DNA from: Ichthyobacteriaceae bacterium
GTDB lineage: Bacteria > Bacteroidota > Bacteroidia > Flavobacteriales > JADGDT01
DNA length: 64,000 bases
Assembly: GCA_016744755.1 (NCBI GenBank)
Contig: JADGDT010000006.1
Span: 2,066 to 66,065, forward strand
Direction: 5' to 3'
Shown: in pieces, positions 30,001-36,512 of the stretch
Numbering within the stretch: position 1 is the first letter of the stretch
Layout of the letters: the number at the start of each line of letters is the position of its first letter
Program-made: the position numbers and the translations under genes
The notes under the pieces: model-generated
What the model was told of the DNA's origin: nothing
The model's input: only the letters and a program-made list of their open reading frames with translations
Databases searched by the model: none

Positions 30001-31132
30001 TAGTAATGTAATTTTAAATAATGATGAAGCAGCTGGTAATACTAATGATGGTGGCTATGGCAATTATAAAAGCACCACAATTAGCCTTGATAAAGAGACT
30101 GCTTACAAGTTAAATATAGGTTTAAAATACGGAGTTAATACACCACGTAATTTCAAAGTCTGGATAGATTACAACAACGATGGTATGTTTGATGGAGCTA
30201 ATGAAGAAATCTATGCTACTTCATCAGCAGTTACAGGATGGTTTGCTGGAGATTTTGTAATACCTGCTGATATTATTGTTGGAAATTACACTCTTAGAGT
30301 GGCAATGAATGCTTCAACAGTAGACAATACAATAAATCCTACTGGAGTTTTAAACCCTGGAGAAGTAGAAGAATATACAGTTGTCATAACTCAGAAAGTT
30401 GTTACGGCTTCTTATTCGCCTATTGCTATTGGTTCTCAAAAAGGACTGAATTCGCAATACGAATGGATATCGTATGTGAAAATAGGAACAGAAGATCACA
30501 GTTCTGGAGATGATAATGGTTATGCTGATTATTCTGATCCAATAGCATTTCATATGAGTCCTAATACTCCATATTCATTAAATCTAAATCCGGGATATTC
30601 TGGAAGTTCTTATAATGAGAACTGGAAAATATGGATAGATCTTAATCAAGATGGTGATTTTGACGACGCAGGAGAAGAAGTATTTGCCTTACCTAATGTA
30701 GCTTCTGGATGGGTCACAGGATCATTAACTATACCTGCTGAAACCCTACCTGGTAATTACAGAATGAGAGTAGCAATGAATGGCTCTTCATCAGACTACT
30801 CATTAACACCAGGTGTTGATTTTGCATACGGTGAGGTACAAGATTATATGGTGAATATTGAAAATTCGTTTGGTAAAACTCTCGATATTGATGATGCTTA
30901 TATTGTTGAAATCGATGCCTATCCTAATCCAGTAATAGATGTATTAAATGTAAAAGTTAATACTGAAGTTGGTAAAATAACTGTCTACTCTCCAAATGGA
31001 ATAATTATACACGAAGAAGAAATTTTATCTGAAACAACTGAGATAAATTCAAGTAGTTGGACATCGGGAATGTACATCGTTGTAGTTGATCATAACTCTG
31101 AAAGAAAGGTTATTAAAGTCCTTAAAAAGTAA
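27011..31132 (+). CDS. Multidomain T9SS cargo: N-acetylmuramoyl-L-alanine amidase (Amidase_3-like), CarboxypepD_reg-like domain, Fn3, unassigned alpha/beta domain, cadherin-like domain, three GEVED modules and a T9SS C-terminal domain
   Basis: Signal peptide, then the amidase motifs ICVDPGHGGHNDG, FQSIHTNA and LTEGGFHTH. The cadherin-like segment is VLTNDTDADGDID...TYTPNANYVGSDTFTYTISD. Three modules each have WIDYN.DG.FD and end in GEIEDYTLKV, GEVEEYTVVI or GEVQDYMVNI. The C-terminus is AYPNPVIDVLNVKV...GMYIVVVDHNSERKVIKVLKK. Confidence 0.85.
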   Translation: MKRIFTLLFALFTSVVMNAQTESQTIDIKNRIENSLPTNLPNIFNGVKICVDPGHGGHNDGNDRYIYWLDRYIGVNDYGLAYWESNGNFYTALYMREVLEELGALVKLTREMNDNDIILSGTSYGNGGAIGTSDPKLSYRENISNAFGAKYFQSIHTNATGAVGGDATPNTANYVRTYIPNSNSTIQTSLAVKMANKNIEMNYSYDTQAQVHEFSVTNNVYAYAVLTEGGFHTHIAEARRLRSPLYLQAQAMSWIKGFVDQEGKSNLITWGEIGGITYSDDASEYTVGETARGIELGLGLNQVKVTLDKGTTDEKSIVVDQDELDANYNEGEHVSGGNHITQSGGYNGYYYFNFVSPGSHTLTFERSGIATKTQNVTVTASKYLRNDVKLTVIGNPASAPTLTLVSPNGTDGVFAKWTPNYTSSDLAGYQLFYATDDNQTVWKLAADENTINASATSVSIASKTSFINIPISTPKHYKIVAVTTVDGAKILGEESEVLSKYSGNINSNILIVEGFDRRDGSYSSNDNFITKYINAIAGAKNVSVSSTLNDYIISGDVNLLDFDAVVWILGDESTATSTFAWNERSLVDDYLDAGGNLFVSGSEIGWDLSNKGNTADKAFYADYLKAVYIADGSARTIANGVDGTVLDGVTVAPNYTYTAGYADEIAVLNGSTLVMKYSNGSGAGVYYKGTFGTGTIDGSVMHLSFPLEASSTADMTMILEKFIDGFSTSVPTTVAPIASNDSGVTFENQEIVIDVLTNDTDADGDIDASTLAIVSASQNGNVVIANNKVTYTPNANYVGSDTFTYTISDSEAQVSNIATVIMNVQSCELTATSSDTYFVRYVLFNDIDNNQVLLNQSVADGGYADNTSKIISVVSGKEYKAMLRGKYGIDNAVNQSYWKVWIDYNSDGKFDGSNEEVISKEGDTYAYNNFIVDSNIAIGNYTLRVATSSQPITSACGDIVAGEIEDYTLKVNPEGLVATSDADHYISYFKVYEATNTSNVILNNDEAAGNTNDGGYGNYKSTTISLDKETAYKLNIGLKYGVNTPRNFKVWIDYNNDGMFDGANEEIYATSSAVTGWFAGDFVIPADIIVGNYTLRVAMNASTVDNTINPTGVLNPGEVEEYTVVITQKVVTASYSPIAIGSQKGLNSQYEWISYVKIGTEDHSSGDDNGYADYSDPIAFHMSPNTPYSLNLNPGYSGSSYNENWKIWIDLNQDGDFDDAGEEVFALPNVASGWVTGSLTIPAETLPGNYRMRVAMNGSSSDYSLTPGVDFAYGEVQDYMVNIENSFGKTLDIDDAYIVEIDAYPNPVIDVLNVKVNTEVGKITVYSPNGIIIHEEEILSETTEINSSSWTSGMYIVVVDHNSERKVIKVLKK

Positions 31133-31166
31133 ATTCAGAATTTACATAATTTAGTATATTTTTATT

Positions 31167-31202
31167 AAGTAGGCCTTCTTTAATTAGATAGCCTACTTTT
31201 TT
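31167..31202 (+). terminator. Rho-independent terminator after the T9SS cargo gene
   Basis: AAGTAGGC...GCCTACTT stem followed by TTTTT. Confidence 0.65.
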
Positions 31203-31225
31203 ATGTACACTTCTTATAATTTTCA

Positions 31226-31233
31226 TAAATTTG
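31226..31233 (+). promoter_or_regulatory. -7 promoter box (TAAATTTG) for the ykoF-like/pnuC operon
   Basis: Exact TAnnTTTG match 24 nt upstream of the ATG at 31257. It lies inside the longer track ORF, which argues for the 31257 start. Confidence 0.45.
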
Positions 31234-31256
31234 ACATCAATCTAAAATCTATAAAA

Positions 31257-31508
31257 ATGCAAGTATCAGTAGACATAAGTTTATACCCTTTGAAAGAAGA
31301 ATTCAAGAAGCCTATAAAAGCTTTCATAAATAAAATTGACAGTCAAGAGGAATTCAAAGTAAAAAGAAACAACATGAGTACCTCTATTTTTGGTGAGTAC
31401 AAAGAAATTATGCAGTGGATAACTAACAACATGGAGGAGACTTTACTCGATGATGAAAATGCTGTTTTTGTACTAAAGATTGTTGGAGGAAACTATTACA
31501 GAGAGTAG
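31257..31508 (+). CDS. MTH1187/YkoF-like (DUF77) putative thiamine/HMP-binding protein
   Basis: 83 aa. The pattern VSVDISLYPL ... MSTSIFGEYKEIM ... VFVLKI matches the single-domain ferredoxin-like DUF77 layout. The assignment is from motif memory only. Confidence 0.55.
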   Translation: MQVSVDISLYPLKEEFKKPIKAFINKIDSQEEFKVKRNNMSTSIFGEYKEIMQWITNNMEETLLDDENAVFVLKIVGGNYYRE

Positions 31509-32141
31509 ATGAGCGATTTTCTTGATATACTTTTTAGTCAGTACGATTCTTATTCAAATTTTGATATTGCATTAGAGACTTTTGCCACAGTGTTCGGATT
31601 ATTAAGTGTGTGGTTTTCCATGCGCGAAAACATTCTTGTATTTCCAACGGGGATAATCAATACATCAATTTATGTTTACATACTTTTTTTTGCAGGTTTA
31701 TACGGCGACATGTCTATAAATGCCTATTACTTTGCTATGAGTATTTATGGTTGGTACAAATGGAGTCAAAAAACAGATGGGAATCATTACATTCCAATTA
31801 GACATTCTACCAAAAAGGAAAAGATATATTCTTTTCTTTTAATGATAAGTTCATACGTAGTAATAGCTTATATCCTTGACAATTATACATCTAGTACAGT
31901 CCCTTATATTGATGCTTTTACAACTTCTCTATTTTTTGTAGGAATGTGGTTGATGGCAAAAAAAGTTATCGATAATTGGGTATATTGGATAATTGCTGAT
32001 TTAATAACCATACCTCTCTACATTTATAAAGGCTTAACAATTACGGCTTTTCAATATTTAATTTTCACAATTTTGGCTATAGCCGGATACTTTGCATGGA
32101 AAAAACAGATAAACAAGCCAAAGAAAACATTATTAAGATAG
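31509..32141 (+). CDS. pnuC: PnuC-family nicotinamide riboside (or related vitamin) transporter
   Basis: 210 aa with 7 TM segments. The Trp-rich PnuC signatures are LSVWFSMRENILVFPTGIIN, AMSIYGWYKW and NWVYWIIADL. Confidence 0.85.
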   Translation: MSDFLDILFSQYDSYSNFDIALETFATVFGLLSVWFSMRENILVFPTGIINTSIYVYILFFAGLYGDMSINAYYFAMSIYGWYKWSQKTDGNHYIPIRHSTKKEKIYSFLLMISSYVVIAYILDNYTSSTVPYIDAFTTSLFFVGMWLMAKKVIDNWVYWIIADLITIPLYIYKGLTITAFQYLIFTILAIAGYFAWKKQINKPKKTLLR

Positions 32142-32650
32142 TTCTTACAGGACCAGAATCTACAGGTAAAAGTACACTCGCTAAAGATCTTGCCAAACAT
32201 TACAATACTGTTTGGGTAAAAGAATATTTACGCGAATTTGCAGAAGAAAAGTATTCGGAAAATAGAAGACTAGTTTATACAGATAATTTACTAATTGCAG
32301 ATGGACAAAATAACTTAGAGAAAGAGGCAATAAAAAAAGCAACTAGATTTATTTTTTGCGATACAGATATTTTACAAACTGTAATTTACTCCCACGAATA
32401 TTACAATAAGGTTCAACCCGAACTAGAAGAAAATCTAGAAACAAACAATACCGATTTATACATACTTTTAAATCTAGATGTTTCTTGGGAAGAAGACCAT
32501 TTAAGAGACAAGCCAAACGACAGAAATAGGATGTTCCATGTTTTAGAAAAAACTCTAATCAAATTCAGAAAAAAATATGTTATTTTGGAAGGGAAAGATG
32601 AAATTAGATTGAAAAATTCCATTAAGTTAATCGAAGAAGAATTTCAATAA
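32096..32650 (+). CDS. NadR-C-terminal-like ribosylnicotinamide kinase (P-loop ATPase)
   Basis: P-loop LTGPESTGKSTLAKDLA and Walker-B-like FIFCDTD. It is adjacent to pnuC and overlaps it by 46 nt. Confidence 0.75.
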   Translation: MEKTDKQAKENIIKIVLTGPESTGKSTLAKDLAKHYNTVWVKEYLREFAEEKYSENRRLVYTDNLLIADGQNNLEKEAIKKATRFIFCDTDILQTVIYSHEYYNKVQPELEENLETNNTDLYILLNLDVSWEEDHLRDKPNDRNRMFHVLEKTLIKFRKKYVILEGKDEIRLKNSIKLIEEEFQ

Positions 32651-32825
32651 CAAAGAAATTAAAGTGTTTAATACTGTAAATCTGTCATTTGCAAACTTAA
32701 GTTCAAAAATAAATACTAATTTTATAAATCAATATCTTTTATGTAGTCATAGACATGTTATTTAACTGATAATTACTACATTTAACGGAGCAAAAATTCT
32801 AACTACAAATTTCTTATTTATACAG

Positions 32826-34622
32826 ATGTCAAACAACAATTTTTTATTCGAAACAGCTTGGGAGGTTTGTAATCAAGTTGGTGGAATCTACACAGTTATT
32901 AGATCAAAAGTACCATCAGTAATAAAACGTCACGGGGACAACTACGCAGTAATAGGACCTTATTTCCAAAATAAAGCTGATGCTGAATTTGAACATATCC
33001 CGCTTCCAGACAATCCAATAGGTTGGTCTATTCAGAAAATGTGGGATATGGGCCTTGATGTACATTATGGCACATGGTTAATTTCTGGTAGACCTAAAGC
33101 AATATTATTTAATACCGAAAGTGTAAAAAATAAATTACACGAGATCAAAGGTAAAATTTCAACTCGCTATCAAATAAATTTAGATAATACAGACAACTTA
33201 TTTGACGATGTAGTTTCTTTCGGGGAAATGAGTTATATATTTTACGAGTTATTTGCTCAATTTCACGATTGGAATAAACAGAAAGTTATAATCCATTTTC
33301 ACGAATGGATGGCAGTTTCGCACTTAGCCGACTTGAAATACAACAACCTCCCATTTAAAGTGGTTTTTACAACACACGCAACTATTTTGGGTAGATACCT
33401 TGCTATGAATGATTCTGATTTCTATCAGCATTTGCCATTCTACAATTGGTTTAAAGAAGCCGCACATTTCAATATTTTACCACAGGTTAGTTTCGAGAGA
33501 TTGGCAGCTCATAACTCAGATGTTCTCACAACAGTTAGTAATATCACAGGTAAAGAATGTACTCACTTACTAGGAAGAACACCTGATTCTATTTTACCTA
33601 ACGGGCTCAATATTGAAAGGTTTAAGGCTACTCATAAAATTGAACTTCTACACGATAGTTACAAAGAGAAAATTCATCGTTTCACTATGGGGCATTTTTT
33701 CCACAACTACTCTTTCGATTTAGATAAAACAATTTACTTATTTACTTCGGGTAGGTTCGAGTATAAAAATAAAGGTTATGACATGTCGCTAGAAGCAATG
33801 GCAAAACTTAACCATATGCTTAAAGAATCTGGTAGCGACAAAACTGTAGTATTATTTATAATTAGTAAACAACCTCAGCATTCTATCAACCCTCAGGTAT
33901 TGGAATCTAGAGGAGTAATGGAAGAATTAAGACGTGGTGTTTCTTCAATATCTAAAGAGATTAAAGATAAATTATTTGTAGCGGCAGCATCAAACCCCGA
34001 TAATCCGAAATTACCAGATCTAAATGATTTTGTAGACGATTACTACAGATTAAGATACCGTAGAGCATTAAATAATTGGAAATCAGACAGGCTTCCACCA
34101 GTAGTTACTCACAACCTTGTTGATGATGCCAACGATCAGGTATTAAATTTTTTACGCACATCAAACTTGTTAAATCACCAAGAAGATAGAGTGAAAGTTA
34201 TTTACCATCCTGATTTTATTTCTGAGTCTAACCCTCTATTCGGCCTTGACTATAACGAGTTTGTAAGAGGATGCCATATGGGTATTTTTCCTAGTTATTA
34301 CGAACCGTGGGGATATACTCCATTAGAGTGTTTAGCAAGTGGAATACCTACCATAACATCTAATTTTGCCGGATTTGGTGACTTTGTTTACAGCGAAACC
34401 GAAGGGGGAATAAAAGATGGTGTGCAAATAGTAGATAGAGTTTTCAAAAGCTTCGATGAATCGTCACAACAACTTGCCGATATGCTTCATAATTTTGTAA
34501 ACACAACAGCACATCAGCGTATAACACAAAGAAATAAATCGGAAGCATTTTCTACAATTTTCGATTGGGAAGAATTAATTCGTTTTTATGACGAAGCTTA
34601 TTCCTTGGCTCTTTCTAAATAA
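32826..34622 (+). CDS. Glycogen synthase of the eukaryotic type (CAZy GT3-like)
   Basis: The N-terminus FETAWEVCNQVGGIYTVIRSK closely mirrors the animal/yeast glycogen synthase signature (FE.AWEV.NKVGGIYTV). The C-terminal half has GCHMGIFPSYYEPWGYTPLEC. Confidence 0.85.
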   Translation: MSNNNFLFETAWEVCNQVGGIYTVIRSKVPSVIKRHGDNYAVIGPYFQNKADAEFEHIPLPDNPIGWSIQKMWDMGLDVHYGTWLISGRPKAILFNTESVKNKLHEIKGKISTRYQINLDNTDNLFDDVVSFGEMSYIFYELFAQFHDWNKQKVIIHFHEWMAVSHLADLKYNNLPFKVVFTTHATILGRYLAMNDSDFYQHLPFYNWFKEAAHFNILPQVSFERLAAHNSDVLTTVSNITGKECTHLLGRTPDSILPNGLNIERFKATHKIELLHDSYKEKIHRFTMGHFFHNYSFDLDKTIYLFTSGRFEYKNKGYDMSLEAMAKLNHMLKESGSDKTVVLFIISKQPQHSINPQVLESRGVMEELRRGVSSISKEIKDKLFVAAASNPDNPKLPDLNDFVDDYYRLRYRRALNNWKSDRLPPVVTHNLVDDANDQVLNFLRTSNLLNHQEDRVKVIYHPDFISESNPLFGLDYNEFVRGCHMGIFPSYYEPWGYTPLECLASGIPTITSNFAGFGDFVYSETEGGIKDGVQIVDRVFKSFDESSQQLADMLHNFVNTTAHQRITQRNKSEAFSTIFDWEELIRFYDEAYSLALSK

Positions 34623-34696
34623 TCAATAAAATATTAGAGGGTATTCATTTATTAATAAAATGTATAGCTTTTATATATTCCACAAAAAATAATATT

Positions 34697-36265
34697 ATGA
34701 TAAAAAAAGAAGATAATAAACAAATTGAGGAATTAGGAATTTCTAAAGATGAGATTAAAAAGCAACTAGATAGTTTCAAGAATGGATTCCCATACATGAA
34801 ACTAGTAAGGCCTGCAACTACTGGAGATGGTATAACCGTACTAGATGTCTCTCGTCAAAAAAAATATGAAAATTTATATCGAGATAATAAAAATAAATAT
34901 ACACTAGTTAAGTTTGTACCCGCATCTGGTGCAGCATCTAGAATGTTTAAAGATTTATTTGCTTTCTTAAATAATTTTGATTTAGAGAAAGATGAAATAG
35001 ATCCATTTATAGCAAAACATAAATTGAGTAGTGTAAAAGAATTCTTTGATGGAATTGAGAATTTTGCTTTCTACGAGGAATTAATGACTATAATTAGAGG
35101 AGTAGGTATTAACTTTTCTGTAATGAAAGAGAAGAAAAAATACATGACTATTCTTGAATATTTACTTACACACAAAGGCCTTAATTATGGGATGAAACCA
35201 AAAGGACTTCTAGCATTTCATTATTATTTTAATAGATACCGTACAGCTGTAAGTGAGCACTTGGTAGAGGGTGCAAGATATGCTAATACTGGTAAAAAAG
35301 TAAATGTTCATTTTACAATATCTAAAGAACACAGATATTGGTTTGAGGAACTTGTAGAATCCAAATTACCTAAGTACCAAAGGGATTTCAATGTTGTTTA
35401 TAATGTTACTTATAGCTACCAATCGCATTCCACAGATACTATTGCCGTAGATCCTAGTAACGAGCCATTGAGAGATGGCCATGGTAAACTTATATTTCGT
35501 CCGGGTGGGCATGGCGCACTTATTGAAAATTTAAACAACCTGGAGGAGGATATTATTTTTATCAAAAATGTGGATAATGTTGTTCCCGATCATTTCAAGG
35601 AGAATACAATTAGATATAAAAGAATTATTGCAGGTTTAATGATTAACCTTAAACAAGTAATAAACAAGTATAACACTCGCTTAGTTACAGGAGATTATCA
35701 CAAAAATACTTTGGAGGCAATTGAAAGTTTCTGTAATAAAAAACTAAACATAATTCTACACGACGATTATTACAAAAAAGATGTAGAGGGTAAAGTTAAG
35801 TACATCCAAAGAGTATTAAACAGACCAATAAGAGTTTGTGGAATGGTTAAGAATGAAGGGGAACCAGGTGGTGGTCCTTTCTGGGTAGAAGATGAAAAAG
35901 GTAAAGTTAACTTGCAAATAGTCGAAGGGTCTCAAATAGACTCAAAGGATGCAAAACAAGCTAAAATCATCAAAAAATCTACACATTTCAATCCAGTAGA
36001 TATAGTCTGTACTTTCAAAGATTGGTCTGGAGAATCGTTAGATCTAAATAAATTTATTGACGAAAAAACTGGATTTATTTCTGAAAAATCTAAAGATGGT
36101 GTTGAGCTAAAAGCATTAGAAAGACCAGGTTTATGGAATGGAGCAATGTCCGATTGGATAACAGTTTTTGTTGAAGTACCAGCAATTACTTTCAACCCTG
36201 TTAAAACAATAAATGATTTATTACGTCCCGAACACCAAGCATTAGTAAGAATGAACGAAGGATAG
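34697..36265 (+). CDS. Divergent UDPGP-family sugar-1-phosphate nucleotidyltransferase-like protein (a family usually labelled only as a DUF)
   Basis: Motif-by-motif parallels to eukaryotic UDP-glucose pyrophosphorylase: VKFVPASGAASRMFK (cf. KLNGGLGTSMG), RPGGHGALIENL (PPGHGD), IFIKNVDNV (FVSNIDNL), VKNEGEPGGGPFW (K.GGTL), LQIVEGSQI (LRLVEIAQV) and TFNPVKTINDLL (RFLPVKTTSDLL). Confidence 0.7.
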   Translation: MIKKEDNKQIEELGISKDEIKKQLDSFKNGFPYMKLVRPATTGDGITVLDVSRQKKYENLYRDNKNKYTLVKFVPASGAASRMFKDLFAFLNNFDLEKDEIDPFIAKHKLSSVKEFFDGIENFAFYEELMTIIRGVGINFSVMKEKKKYMTILEYLLTHKGLNYGMKPKGLLAFHYYFNRYRTAVSEHLVEGARYANTGKKVNVHFTISKEHRYWFEELVESKLPKYQRDFNVVYNVTYSYQSHSTDTIAVDPSNEPLRDGHGKLIFRPGGHGALIENLNNLEEDIIFIKNVDNVVPDHFKENTIRYKRIIAGLMINLKQVINKYNTRLVTGDYHKNTLEAIESFCNKKLNIILHDDYYKKDVEGKVKYIQRVLNRPIRVCGMVKNEGEPGGGPFWVEDEKGKVNLQIVEGSQIDSKDAKQAKIIKKSTHFNPVDIVCTFKDWSGESLDLNKFIDEKTGFISEKSKDGVELKALERPGLWNGAMSDWITVFVEVPAITFNPVKTINDLLRPEHQALVRMNEG

Positions 36266-36298
36266 TAAAATAATTATAGAATAAATTATAATAAACAA

Positions 36299-36328
36299 AA
36301 GCGAAGAAAAATATTTCTTCGCTTTTTG
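36299..36328 (+). terminator. Rho-independent terminator after the UDPGP-like gene
   Basis: GCGAAGAAA / TTTCTTCGC stem followed by TTTTTG. Confidence 0.7.
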
Positions 36329-36358
36329 CTTTTTGTATCAAGTTTTATAATACATTTG

Positions 36359-36446
36359 CGCAAAATCTCTAAAGGGGTGCCCTACTATTCGGGCTGAGAT
36401 CAAACCCATTGAACCTGGTCGGGTAATGCCGATAAGGGATATGCGA
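36359..36446 (+). promoter_or_regulatory. TPP (THI-box) riboswitch aptamer
   Basis: Conserved core is present: GGGGTGCCC..GGGCTGAGA..ACCC..GAACCTGGTCGGGTAATGCCGATAAGGGA. That covers P2/P3, the CUGAGA pyrimidine sensor and the ACCUG..UAAUGCC..AGGGA pyrophosphate-sensor helix. The P1 boundaries are approximate. Confidence 0.85.
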
Positions 36447-36512
36447 ATTACTATTTTTTAATTTAAACTAAATTCAAAATAGCCCCTTCATTTGAAGCAA
36501 ATTTTTACTTCT

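Noticed and set aside
31203-31256. Longer start (31203) for the YkoF-like gene, as given in the ORF track.
   Set aside because: An exact TAnnTTTG box (31226-31233) and the upstream terminator tail lie inside the extension. The Met at 31257 gives the expected DUF77-like N-terminus.
36454-36464. An intrinsic terminator as the expression platform of the TPP riboswitch.
   Set aside because: A T-run is present, but I could not find a convincing GC-containing stem immediately upstream of it. The mechanism is left open.
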